Source: Callorhinchus milii
Taxonomy: Eukaryota
Direction: 5' to 3'
Assembly (NCBI RefSeq): GCF_018977255.1
Contig: NW_024704742.1
Span: 52,268,001-52,332,000, forward strand
Length of the DNA: 64,000 nt
Under the pieces are notes generated by a model. That model was not told the origin of the DNA. It worked only from the letters and a program-made list of their open reading frames with translations, and did not search any database. Each line of letters begins with the position of its first letter. The stretch's first letter is position 1. The position numbers and the translations under genes were made by a program. Positions 1-25,019 of this stretch are shown piece after piece.

Positions 1-594
1 TTGTTGTTATTCTAGTCAGTGAAATATTATGAGTGCAAGAACAAAAGGGTAGAGATTCCCTATGCTTTTTAATCTTCACCTGAGTTGATACAAATTGTCC
101 AGGATGGTTGAAGCTACATTGCTACCTTTGCATCACAAAAGACTTGTATGTTTGTGGAATGGAATGCCTTACGGTTGACGCAGACTGGAGGATTTTCCGA
201 AGGTGCTTCTACTCAATGTGATTGTAGTCACCCGACATTATTGGTAATCCTACAAATTTGCAGAACTCTTGCTCAGCTGAATTTTTTTTGAGAAATGGTC
301 AATCACTTCCTCAATACAGTTGGAGCGAATGAATATGATGACCTGAAATTGATTGGATTCTCCTTTGGATCGGACCGAGGTCGCATTTACCTTTTCTGTT
401 GGATGTTAAAGGTCCCATGGCACTATCCATAATGAGAAGGGAGTTCTCGCCAACAATCCCCAGATAAAGTTGATCATTGGCTTCATGGCTGTGTGTGGTA
501 CCTTCTTGTGAGCAAATTGGATGCCATGTTTGTTTACAAAATATTACAAAACAAAATAGGGATTAGAATGGATGACTTCTTGGAGGAGTAACAA

Positions 595-812
595 CAACAA
601 CAACAATTCCGGGGCTAACGATCCCTTAAAATAATAATAATTTGGTCACTGAATCTACGACTGTTTGTGGGACACTGCTGTGCGCAATTGGCTGCCGCGT
701 TTCGCCCACAAAATATGCAGTCAATTCACTTTGCATTGTATCCTGTGAAACGCTTTGATGTATCCCGAAGACGTGATAAGGCGCTATGTCAAATGCAAGG
801 AATATTATTATA
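595..812 (+). mobile_element. SINE 3' half with L2-type tail
   Basis: TGTTTGTGGGACACTGCTGTGCGCAATTGGCTGCC...GTGATAAGGCGCTATGTCAAATGCAAGGA. Similar tail fragments lie at 4885-5030(-), 7575-7720(-), 23215-23355, 26228-26420(-) and 40025-40135(-). Confidence 0.8.
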
Positions 813-1723
813 TAACTACAATTTGCATTTATATAGCCCCCTTCACGCCGAATGGTGTCTCAGAGTGTCTTCAAGTAAAAACTGACACAAAAAATGTGCT
901 GTACTGTTGTACATTTCTATGATTCTATGGTTATTAAATAATTGTAATAATAGTAATCTTTGCATTTGATATAGTGCCTTATCGTGTCTTCTAGACCAAA
1001 TGGCCAAAGTGCTTTAATACAAAGTCTTTACACCAATCGTCCCATGGTGCTAACTTTTACAGTTTTTGTGATGTGCAAATGAATCATCAATTGAACGTCT
1101 TCTCTTTAGAACTTGGAGATGATGCCTTCATTTAAGAAGAATCAAAGTCACTTCACTAACATCAAAAGGATTCTCATAGAATATGATCAGTAGCCAACAA
1201 CAACAATTTGCATATATAACACTTTCACGTTAGGAGGATATCTCACAGCATTTCACAAGCTGACTGGGAGCCAGCATTGATGACTGTGTCATTTGTCCTT
1301 TCACTGACCAAAATGTGCCACTTTTTTTTATTTACATGCAGTCCATGCTGAGTTTTGTTGTCTTCATCGAAAATCTCAGGGTAGATTCCGTTCAGAAAGA
1401 GATGACAGCTGGGCCTGAAGAGTTGATAAATTGTGGCACTGGATGGATCCAATAACAGTTATGGATGCGGTCCATGAGGAACCCCCTTGTTATTATTGAG
1501 CACATTTACTTTGATTTCCCTTGGATGATTGCCATGTCCCAAGGTCCACAGAGCAGCCTTTCACCTTTCAATTCTAAATAAAGCAGACTATCAATGACTA
1601 ACACTGTGATATGCACCAGAGGGAAAATATTCACATTGATTGACTTCTCCTACAGTTACTGCTTCCTTTTAATTATATTTCAAAATCTGCCGTTAGACAC
1701 ATATATGTTGTTGTTGCAAGTGA

Positions 1724-13434
<11,711 letters not shown>

Positions 13435-16400
13435 CTGTTTGAGAACCAAGTCACTTGTAAAGGGAAAATAAACTGCACCTTCCTGCAGACAATAACTTCT
13501 GTATAACCACTTTGTGAGGCAACCCAAGGAGAGAATGTGAGGAGAGAACTTTGACGATGTATTGTAAAAGCAACATCGGAAATTCGAGAGCTATCCTGGG
13601 CAAACAGTATGATTCCTATCGTAGTACATATCATGTGCATATTTTAGTGCATTTTTTATTATGGTACTCTCTATAGTGTATGTGTGAGTGAGTGTGTTTG
13701 TGTGTGCACACACTGCCATTCCAATGGATACCAGAAGGCCGTACAAAGTCAGTGTGTGTTTCAAAGGCTTGTCTCTATGGAGGAGGGCAGTCCTTCCATT
13801 CTGAAAATTAACTGTATTGGTTACATTCATTCAGTACCATACAGGGTAATATGTGTTGCATTGCATCTCGGATTCTGTAGCAGTCGGAAAGGAATCATTA
13901 CATAATGCCATGTCTTCTGTGTTCAGACCCAGAGTTCACCATCACTGTATTCCACATGTGTTCTCTTAGGTACTTGCTTCTTCCTCCTTATGAATGGTGA
14001 CTTGACTTATTCCTTTAACAAAGCACAATTTTTGGAAGTCATTACAAGTAAAGAGCATGTTGCAGTACAGCAAGATTCCACCTCCAAAACTTTAGTTATC
14101 TGTGAAATTTTCTGCAAAAGCTGCAAATTAAGACTGTTCACCCGGATGAAATAGACTTGACTTGTTTTAACTGGCCTTCGACGAAGAGTGAACCGTGGGA
14201 ACCAGCATCATCACTGGGCCATGGATTGAGCCAGAGCCTAAAGCTACCCAACTTTGTTAATAATATGCCAGGACTGAAGAACACCCCAGCCAAGCTCGGC
14301 TTGCGATCAACCAGTTGCACATCCTCTGTTATGAAGCAGACTTGGAGCATGTCAAAAGTATGGATATAAATCAATTGCTTTGCTTTTGAAGTGAAGTGAA
14401 AAGGAGGGACTTGTCTTTTGTCTGATCAAGGAACTGATGGCCAAATCCAGCAACAGAAGCAATCTTTGTTCTGAGTACAACTAAAATGGTACCAATGCTT
14501 GTTGAGAAAGAAAGTCCTTGGGAAAATCTCTGCCCACTCCACCTCTGTTCCCTGATGGGGAAGTCATCAAGCACATCATTACAGTATGTGTATAATGTAA
14601 ATTATATTGCCTCTCTCCAATACTGTTGGCTTCAATGCACCTTTAAACCTTGCTGATTTCATAGCTTTATAACTTCTGTGAAGTCAGTAAGAGAAGGGCT
14701 CCATAAATAGTTATTCAAGGGGAAGGGTGGAATTTAATGGCTTACAAAATGCAGAACTGAAATGTAAAAGAAATCTACAAGTGAATATTAATGTTGAGTT
14801 AAATATAAAGTCAGCCTGTATTGACAAAGGTCCTGCTGGCTGCTGTTCCTGTTTTAATGACTGATGTAATAGATAATTCCATTGTAGCAGATGGTGTATC
14901 TAGTCATTAAGAGCAGTATGTTTGGCCAAATTCCAATATGTGGTCCATGAACTAGATTAGATTGTAGTCAACAAAGGAAAGTATGCCGGTATTTCCAAAG
15001 CTCGGAGTTTGATATTTGTAGGCACCAACAATTAGGTTTTCTGTCTTTGCATATGTGCTAAACTTCAGAACATTCCCAGAACTAGTTGTCAGCTTTTACA
15101 TGTTGACAAATTCAGTTGACTCAAACACTAGCTTTTTGTGAACAACTTTGAATAATGACTATTCCTATTTTTGTCAAATCAAATGATTCATTGAAACATT
15201 GCTTCAGACTCAGCAAGGGGTCCCCAACGCATGAGGAGAGATTTCACCTTAGACTAGATTTACCCTATTTATGTAGCACTTTTAGGGTGCTTTGGCAAAT
15301 AATAATAATAATCCTTGCATTGCAGAATACAGAAATACAGAATTTGGCAAAGTAATAGTATAGTAATCTGAGATATAATCCTTGCATTTGATACAGAGGC
15401 TTATCATGTTGTCAAGATGTCTCAAAGTGATTCACAGGATACCCTGTAAAATGGATTGTGTGCTGTGTGGCAGCTAGTTTCCCAATGACATTCCCACAAA
15501 CAATTATAGAGCGCGTGACCAATTTTATCTGAGGGATTATTGGGCAAAAAATCAGGAGAGAGAAACTCCCTTCTCCATTCAAATAGTGCTGCATGAGATA
15601 TTTAATGTCCACCTGAACAGGCAGAAAGAGGACCTCAGTTTAAACAACTCATCTGAAGACATCATCATAAAACCCAATCAAAACAAACCCACTGTTACAA
15701 GTTAATCAATTGTTGAATATAATCTTAACTTTGAAGTTGATTTTCTGTAGCTTTAAATCTTTTTTTNACATGAATCCAGGTTCAAAATTAAGAACGTAGT
15801 TAAGATTTCTGGATGCTCTAAAGTGCTACGTTAATAGAATCAATTTAGGTGGAATCTCTCCCCAGCAGTCTTACATTGTTGAAACACTACAGGCACACAT
15901 TTGGTGGACCAATGTGCATTATTTTCAATGAGCCTTCCCATCTCCAAAGTGGACTGACTGTCAATAATGCCCAGCATTGTTACCGGGCTCTTAGTTTTGT
16001 GTTTTCATACTTTCTGTTTTTACAAAGCAAATCCAGCAGGCGGCGCTGTGACATATTCCAGGTACAAATGAGATCCACCCAATCCATATCAACTTTTTCT
16101 TCCTGTGTGTAATCCGATTTGTCTCATAATGTTTAGGAAAACAACAAGCATACAAGTCTGAGCTATTTTCCAAAACTTCTCCGCTTCCAGTTATTAATTT
16201 TCACGGGGATTACATTTTAGTGCTGCTGATCCTGAATTCAGTGGTGTTAAATAGCTCCCCATGAATTCATGTTACAAACATAGGAACAGGAGTAGGTTAT
16301 TCAGCCCCTCAAGCCTGTTCCACCATTCTATAAGATCCTGTCTGGTCTGTACCTCAGCTCCAATAGTTACCTTCAAAAGAAAACAGATCCTTCTAGTTGC

Positions 16401-17260
16401 AACTGGAACACAAAGTGTAAGAACAGTCCAAACATAAAAAGCAATTTTCGGATTGTGTTGTCTGAGTGTTTCTCTTGCACCCAGAGGGATCTCTGTCAGT
16501 ATATCTGAGGCCCCCAAATCTGCTGGTCTATTTTGTCTTAAAATTTTAAAATCCTGCGGAACGATGGAAAATTCTTAAACTCAGTCCTGATTTGGAAACC
16601 GGTTTTCTGCAGTTCTTAATAATAGCCGGCTTCCAAATAGCCGACTGAATTTCGGAATGCCATGAGATCTTATTTGCTATGGCCAGGTCAAGTTTTGGAG
16701 CCTCAAACTGTTAGTAACTTTGGGTTTTAATGGACAGCAGTGAAATTAAATGTCGTGTCGCCTTGGAAACATGATTTCATCTTTGATTTCATCTTTGAAT
16801 GGCCTAAATGTTAAAATGTGGTTTAAACATTTATGCAACGGTCCTACCAAGTGATAAGGGACGTTGGATATATCTATGATGATGTTATACATCATATCTG
16901 TACATATATGTGTATTTCAGTGTAGTCTCTGGGTTACTGCCAAGCATTTATGTCTAGCTGTATCACTGCCTATGTTTATATTTTTGACTGTGATGTACTC
17001 CACAGGCACGTTACAATGTTGCACTTTTGAATGTCCAAAAAATATGTATTTTAAAATGTAAAAAAAATGAAAGATTCCAAAGGGATAGAGTTGTGAATGC
17101 TGGTATGAACTGTGTGTAGGTTAAAGTCTTGTGAACATTTATTATGAAATTACCACAACGATTTAAAGATTTTGTTTAACTTTCTTTATATTGCTGTATC
17201 AAAGCAACACTGTGTAAACTCAGATTCTCTATTTCAATAAATTCAGATGAATTTAGTGAT
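13435..17260 (+). other. PDGFRA: PDGFRA 3'UTR (~3.8 kb, inferred)
   Basis: Runs from the stop to an AATAAA at 17236-17241. The block at 16955-17075 and the TATTTCAATAAA context resemble the distal human PDGFRA 3'UTR as I recall it. Confidence 0.7.
17236..17241 (+). terminator. Probable PDGFRA polyadenylation signal AATAAA
   Basis: AATAAA just downstream of the conserved UTR block, followed by GT/T-rich sequence (gtgatttggtttc). Confidence 0.65.
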
Positions 17261-18835
17261 TTGGTTTCAGCTATCTCTGTGAGACGGTGCTTTCCTAAGG
17301 AATGATTTAATGACCAGAAACAGGTAATATTGCTTTATAGTTATATCGATCATGTACCAAATATGTCTCTCTTTCATATGGCAAGCACCAGTTTCGATTT
17401 GATGGTGAGGGGGAATAACCTTTCTCTATGTTGCAGCGCACTATTTTATACATTTTCAGTACTTTCAGCAATGTGTGTCTTCAAGTATCAGTTACATGGC
17501 TCACTGAGCCTCGAGTGTCACTGCTCATGATCCTCACCAAAATAATGGAACAAAACTATTCTCACCAATTTCAATGTGGTCTTTGTTTTTTTAGACATTC
17601 AGCTATCCAGGAGTGAAGGCTTATGTACAGAATAAGACCCAGGATATAAAATTACTCTTGTACGTCAAGTGTAGCATTTTTGCTGATGTACATTAGCAGG
17701 ATCATTTGCAGATGGGTTGCTTTTAAACTAAACAAGTGTGTTTTGTACTCATCAAGGCGTGGGCTGTCAGTGCTGGGAGAGGGACACTGCGTCATTCAAA
17801 CACTCAAACACTTAAGTGGGAAGAGATGATTCTAGCATTATCTGTAAATTTACCAGCCTTGGTAAATGAGTGGGCCTAGGACTCTGCTCGCCAGTAAATG
17901 TTAACATTGTGGGAAAGGCTTACAATGGGGGGAAATCCTATCTCAAGCAGACACTGCCAACTATCAGACACAACAATGTGACAACCCACCGAGGCCTTGT
18001 AGGTATAGACAATCAGAGAACCAGCCTCAGTGTTAGCATGGAATACGCTCAGGCCAGGCACAGCAACGCTTAGCAATCGCACACCTGATGTGAGGGCTTT
18101 AACCTTCAAGTTTCAGAGCCAGTGGTGAGAGTGTTCCCAACCGAACCAAATTGACAAAGGTGTTTAAAAAAATGCTTGCTAGGAAAATACAACATGAATG
18201 GTACCACACCCTGAATAAAGCAACTCAGTCTCTACTCTGAATGATCCATTGCTGCACTGGGTAGTGCTTTTAACCACTAAGCCATCAAGAGGTTGTACAC
18301 GCGTTTCTTTAGACATTATTATATAATATAATATATATAGGCTCGACAAAATATAACCAAATGGTGGTCAAACAACTTTTTTGAGAGGATTCCACTCTAA
18401 ACAACGTGTTTCTCTGTCCATTGCTAAGAGTAATTTTCTTTTTGGAAACCTCATTTCAGTATTGGTTTGTCAATCTGAAAGGTTTGAGGGTTGCGGATCC
18501 TCAAATAATCCTCACACGATCTTTTCTGGTCACCCGCACTCAAATTCCAGTGGCAGATTTCAATCATTGTGGAACTAGGGGTAGCGTCACAGAGCAGCAG
18601 CCTTCTGGAGCGGATCATTATCTAAACTTCTAAATTAACTAATCCTGTGTGAGAGGAACTAATTCCTTTTTTTTAATTTAACATCTAAACCCCCTTTTTT
18701 TGCAAAGTATCACTACATTTTTGGATTTTACAATTGACAAGTCACCCAGAGTGGAGACTGTAGTTGTTTCTCTGGGTTGTTTTTACATCCTACTATCACA
18801 TGGTGGTGGCCTAACACAGATTACTGTATTACTGT

Positions 18836-18955
18836 CCGTTCTGACGAAGGGTCGTGGACCCAAAACGTTGACTCACTTTCCTTTCTCCATAGACGCTGCC
18901 TGACCTGCTGAGTTTTTGTTTCAGATTTCCAGCATCTGCAGTATTTTGTGTTTTA
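18836..18955 (+). mobile_element. Penelope-like element terminal fragment with a degenerate hammerhead core
   Basis: CTGACGA-A-GGGTC(GTG)GACCC-AAAA-CGTT followed by GCTGCCTGACCTGCTGAG...CAGCATCTGCAGTATTTTG. Related pieces lie at 10405-10441(-) and 35769-35964. Confidence 0.62.
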
Positions 18956-19429
18956 TTCATGTTTGACTCACTGCCACTTCTCTTCTAGGAATGCCTACCC
19001 TGAAGAAGCCTTGTGTTTGACCAGAATGTCAAGTTGTTGACAACCAGTTGTCTTTTCAAAGACAAGCATGAATCAGTAGACGAGGAATGAATAGGAGAAA
19101 GGTAGAAAAATCTTAATAATATAGAATCAAACATTAATAACATGGAATTATAAATGTTGCTGAGTAGGAGGAGGCCATTCAACTTGTCTGTGCTAGTTGT
19201 TCCACTGAAGCTAACTAACCTTATTCTAATTCCCTGCTCTTTCCCTGTACTCTTTCATATTGGTTTTCTTCAAATGATAATTTAATTCCCTTTTAAATGT
19301 TGATTGTTATAGTTGGTGGATCTAAAACGTGTTCTAACATTGTGGCCATCAGCAAAACTGCCTCCAGCTTCAGCATAATGGTTGGACCCAATCACAGAGA
19401 ACTGGTGACAGCTAAATTACAGTAAAATA

Positions 19430-19820
19430 ATGGTTCAAGGCCCACATTGAGACTTTGAACTCATACAGTCTAGGTTGACACTCCAATGCAGTGTTGGCGA
19501 TGTGCTGCATTGCTGCAGGTGTTGTCCTCGGGTTAAACCAAGGCCCTGTCTCTTGTTCAGGTGGATATTAAAGATCCCATGGCACTATTGAATAAGAGAA
19601 GGGAGTTTCTCGTGGTGTCCTGGCAAACGGTCACTCAAACTAAAAAATGATCATTCACTTCATGCTGTTTGTGGGGCTTTACTGCATGCAAATTGGCTGC
19701 TGTTTTTACCTATTTGCGTACAAAAAAAATACAAAGTCACTCCACTTCACAGTATTTCCTATGAATCACTGTCATGACGTGAAATGTGCTATTTCAAATG
19801 GAAGGATTATTTTTATTATT
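19430..19820 (+). mobile_element. Older Deu-domain SINE
   Basis: GTTCAGGTGGATATTAAAGATCCCATGGCACTATTG...GTGTCCTGGC core and L2-type tail. Similar decayed copies lie at ~370-560, 15365-15660(-), 49725-50145, 55640-55990 and 63070-63350(-). Confidence 0.75.
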
Positions 19821-19854
19821 ACTTATAACTTTGACTTTTTAAAGTGTTCTTTCC

Positions 19855-20485
19855 CTCAATGTCGCCTGGCTCCTCCACTGTCTCACACCGCAGACCACCA
19901 AAACCCTCATACAAGCATTCATAAGATTGCTTGTCGACCTCCCCAACTCCTCCCTCCATAGGCTGCAGATCATCCAAAACTCTGCAGCCTGTGTCCTCTC
20001 CCACACCAGGCTCTGTGACTTTATCACTCCCATTCTCGCCCAACTCCACTGGCTTCCCATCACACAGAGGATACAATTCAAAATCTTGGTCCTCACCTTC
20101 AAAGCCGTCCATGGTCTTGCTCCCTCCTACCTCTGCGACCTCCTGACCCCTGACCATTCTGATCGCTCCCTCCGCTCAGCGGGCTCCGGCCTGTTTCATG
20201 TCCCCTGCCTTGCTCACCCCACTATTAGCGGGGGGCCTTCTACCATTCTGCATCCACCTCTGGAACCCCATCCCACAGTCCCTCCGCCTTGCCCCCTCCC
20301 TTGCCACCTTCAAGACCCATCTCAAGACCCTCCTCTTCGACTGTGCTTTCAATTTCCCTGCTTAGCCACCTGCCCTCCACCCTCCCCAATCCTGATCCCC
20401 AGCTCGAAACTCTGTCTGTCCAGCGCCTTGGGACGTCCTCCTGACCTGAAAGGCCCTTTACAAATGTAATTTTGTTGTTGTTGTT
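19855..20485 (+). mobile_element. L2 LINE 3' fragment
   Basis: RLQIIQNSAA...ITPILAQLHWLPITQRIQFKILVLTFKA; (TTG)n tail. Confidence 0.88.
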
Positions 20486-20573
20486 AAATTTCCAAGACGC
20501 AGGACAAGTAAAGGACTTATTCATTAGCTGGCCAACAATCCTGCAGGACATTTGGTCACTCAACAAGCACTGT

Positions 20574-20758
20574 GGAGTCCTGTAGCTCATTGGTTAGAGC
20601 ACTCGCCTTGCAAGCGAAAGTAGGAACCCGTCAAGCGATTAGCTGCCGCGTTTTGCCCACAAAATATAATCAAGCCATTTAACAGTATATTTCACGAAGC
20701 GCTTGGGGACTTCTCGAAGACGTGATAAGGCGCTACATCAAATGCAAGGATTATTATA
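20574..20758 (+). mobile_element. Internally deleted tRNA-derived SINE
   Basis: Head GGAGTCCTGTAGCTCATTGG joined to the L2-type tail and GGATTATTA end, with most of the body missing. Confidence 0.8.
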
Positions 20759-21344
20759 TAAAAATGCAAATTCTTCTGCACACTTTGGGTCATGTGCCAC
20801 TGCAATACCTTATCTTACCACCTGAGGGAGACAAAGCCATCAACATCACACGGGAAGGACCTGATGCTCTCACTCCATGGGCAGTTTATGCTTGTACAGA
20901 GTTCAGCGTTTCAAAGATGTATTAAGCCATGTGAGTTCCCCCTTATGCCCGATTCTTGGCATAAGAGGGTGAAATTAGACAGAATACAATTTTTTTTAAA
21001 TATGCTGATCCTTGTAGTAATAATAATCCTTGCATTTCACCCTGGATGATGCCTCAAAGTACCATAGGATTTAATATAGAATGCAGCAACTGTGTATTTT
21101 GTTGGCAAACTTTGTCATTGGTATAGTTCCTTTAATATCAAAGCAAATCAAAGCATCTTAAATGTACTTCAAAGAGAATTATACAACACAATTTGAATGT
21201 ATATAGTAGAAGGTTGTCTCAAAACGTTTACAATACTTGTGGATGAACAAGGCAGGTGGTTTTATGCATAGCAAGATCCCATGCCATGTTGTTGGTGCAT
21301 TACCAATTTATCTGGAGGATTGTTGGTCAGGATACCAGGAGAAC

Positions 21345-21885
21345 AACAACAACAACAACAAAATTACATTTGTAAAGCGTCTTTCACACTGGGAGGATGT
21401 CCCAAAGCACTGGACAGACAGAGTTACAGATCCGAGCTGGGGTTGTGGTCGGGGAGGGTGGAGGGCAGGGGAGGAAGCAGGGTGATCGAAAACACAGTCG
21501 AAGAGGAAGGTCTTGAGATGGGTCTTGAAGGAGACGAGGGAGGGGGCGAGACGGAGGGACTGCGGGATGGAACTCCAGAGGGTGGGGGCAGAGTGGCAGA
21601 AGGCCCGTCCACCAATAGTAGGACAAGCAAGGCGGGGGACGTGAAGCAGGCCAGAGCCTGCTGAGCGGAGGGAGCCAGCAGGATGGTAGGGGGTTAGAAG
21701 GTTGTAGAGATGGGGGGAGCAAGGTCATGGAGGGCTTTGAAGGTGAGCACCAGCATCTTGAACTGTATCCTCTGTGTGATGGGAAGCCAATGGAGTTGGG
21801 CAAGGATAAGGGTGATAGGGTCACGGAACCTAGTGCAGGAGAGGGCACGGGCTGCAGAGTTCTGGATGATCTGTAGTCTGGAGGG
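21345..21885 (-). mobile_element. L2 LINE 3' fragment
   Basis: RLQIIQNSAARAL...LHWLPITQRIQFKML on minus; (CAA)n tail. Confidence 0.88.
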
Positions 21886-24800
21886 AACATGGGAACACAG
21901 GAAATTAGGAACAAGAGCACACAATTGAGCCCACAGAGCCGAATCCACCACAGACTATTCTGTGGTCTGCATACTATATCTTCCCTAATCCAATTTAAAT
22001 CCACTATAAAGTTGTACAATGCTTTAGCCTTAAACTGCTGTCTTAAATTTAAGATGATTCAGTTTTGTAAAATACTTAAATCCAGCCTTCTAAAAAGTTC
22101 TTGTCCTCTTGACATGAAAGCTGCTATAAAAATGCAGTTTGTTGTCGTAAAATGGAAAACGCTCCTTATAGCAAGAGAGTCCTGCTTTTACAGTGTTTTA
22201 AATAGGGAAGTCCTTTCACATGACCTGTAGTTTTACACTACCTGTAGTACATTGAAGATTCTTCTTACAATATTCAACTAGGACTTTTCAGTAGTTTTAG
22301 TAAGTGGGGATTCTACTTTTACGTTATTTAGACCGAGGGACCTCTTTTTATCATATTTATGGTCAGGGGCACCTTGTATATTCGTATTATGAACTTATTT
22401 TACAAAGTGAATTATTTTTCAGTGTTTTTAATAAAAGGAGGTAAAAATCTCCTTTTGCACTATTTGCAAAAAAAAGGCTCTGTTAAATGCACCAAACTAT
22501 ATAATTTACAATCAATAAAAGGTATATGGTGTTCTTTAAATGAAAATGAGACTGTTGTATCGGAGATTCACATTGTTGATATGTTTATTCAAATACTATT
22601 GTTGTTTAGTCAGTATATGTGGGCAAATACCATGATACACAGAAAAGTGTGTAACTTGAGAACCAATGTTTTATCAGTACTTTGGAGCCTGAGAAATGCC
22701 TTTTGAATTTCTCCACATATATTTCATAGATTATAATCAGCTGGTATTAAATGTGCAAACAACACTTTTTGGTGCTAAGTTTCCTTCTCACAATTCTGTA
22801 ACTTGTAGCAGTGGCGCGTAGTGGCAGTGGGCAGATCGAGTCGCTGTGCAGATTACACACTGTATTGTGATAGTGTGGAGAGTCACAGTGAGATCCCATC
22901 TCTTCTCAGATAGTGAAATGTGATGCTTAACATGTACTTAGACAGATGGCAGCCCCTCATGTTAAAATCTCAGAACGAAGGACAGCACATCTCCCGCAGG
23001 CTTGAAACTGTGACCTACTTACCCATAATGTTGTAGATTGAGTCACCCTGTTTGTATTTATACATGAAGCATAAGTTTGAAATTATGTCCTACCTCAATG
23101 GTTATTTTATATTATATTGGTGTAAAGTCAATAGTATCTGACATTACTGTTCTATTTTGGCCATCCTCCCTTTATTATAACATTCCTTTATTGGGATGAT
23201 GGGCAGGCTGGCTGCTGCCTTCCACTGAAATGCTGTTTGCCCACAAAATATACAGTCAATCAATCCACTTTACAGTATATTCTGTGAAGCACTTTGAGAC
23301 ATCGCAATGATGTGATGAGGCGCTATATCAAGTGCAAGGATTATTATTATTATTAACTAATCACAAAGTTTCCTGTTAGTCTCTCTTCCTCCCTTGGGGA
23401 AGCATCTGTATCTGATGACTCAGTTTATAGAGTACCACATCATTGGCACAGTCATGGTATACCAGACTTCTTGAGTTGTATAAACTATATGCAGGTCCTG
23501 TAACACTGCCAACTGTATAGATTTTTAGACAATGGTTTCTACTTTAGGACTGAAAATGACAACTTCTCATAGACTGGACTGACATTGCTTGTTCAGGTGG
23601 GATGTTGGTATGTACAAGTTGGCTGCCATTCAATTGCAATCAAAGATAGATTGTTAGTAGATGGAAAACAGGGAAATTTGTACTAGGGAAAAGTAATGTT
23701 GGAATTTGATTCTTGAATACTCGACTTCCTATGGTGGAGTAGAAGGAGTGAAAGCCGAGGAGGAACCCAATCAGAAGGATGGAGAATATAGGCTGGGATG
23801 CCCAGTAGGTTGGAGAAATAAGATGTGGAAGGATTTAAAGACAAGATACGGAAGTTCTTGAGGGAGGGATTTATAGGTGAGGGTGAGAACATTGAAATCA
23901 ATTCACTGGGTGATAGAGCCTGTGGAGCTTGACGAATACTGGGGTGATATTTGTGTGAGTGAGGTGCGAGCAGTGGAGTGGTTGGATGAGTTGTAGTTTA
24001 TGGATAGTGGAGCTAGGAGAACAGCAAGGAACTTATAACAGCACTGAATAGAATGGATTTTTACTGCTGTTAGACTCCACAAAACGACTGCGGCATCCAT
24101 TTTAGCATTGGTAAAACCCGCTCCTGGACTGCTCATAGTTTGACTATCTCTCTGGAATTGGACTATTACTTCCTCCTCGTGTCCCTAAAGTCATATTGTG
24201 CTGTTTTCTATAAGCATTGACCCGGTTAAGCATTTGAGTTTCATAAATTGGTTTCAATATGGTATGTTAAAACAGGAAGAAACACGTTTCGATGGCGAAG
24301 CCAAAATGTACTTGTATATTCATGCAACTTTGCTCCAAACAGTGGGAAAAGCACCATTCAGTTTACACAGGATTTCAGTTCTTACACCTTTTTCCTCCTG
24401 TGTAAACGATATTAATATGAAAAANCAGACATTTGAACCAGTTCAGGTTTCAGTTCCGATGCTGTCTGTTATTCATTCAGTTGACACATTGCCTTGTGTG
24501 TCCTTATGTTGCAGCATATTAAAATTTGTTCACTTTTTTTTCCTTGATTCAATGATATGCTATTTGTCTGCGAGCCCAAAGTGCATAAATCTTTGGTCAA
24601 AATGAACCACTGTACTTTTGCATGGATCTCCCAACGATGAACACAATAGGCTTTGATATGAAGTCTTCTTACTTCCTGTTTTCCACCTATTTACCTACTG
24701 CACCTGGAAACCCGTCACACCTCCTCAACCTGACACAAAGTAAAATGAGACCAGGCTGAAGGAGAAACTAATTTGAAATGCAAATTGGAGTTATTTTTTG

Positions 24801-25019
24801 CGCTGGAGTACTGAATCCATTTATACCTTACTTTGCAGGTTTCGGATGATACATAACAATTAATTTAAAAATTAAACAAAACTAAATTATTCATGATGGA
24901 ATAATAAAGTATTATTATACTAAAATACTACTAAAATATTTAGAAGTGGCTAAAATTGTTACATTTGTCCAGTCATCATTCCTGAATCACATATTATGCA
25001 CCCGCTCAGTGACCTCTGG

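Noticed and set aside
19927..20469. 180-aa ORF and similar ORFs at 21384-22019, 52119-52755 and 53058-53498
   Set aside because: Frameshifted ORF2 C-terminal remnants of 5'-truncated L2 or CR1 LINEs, not host genes or autonomous elements
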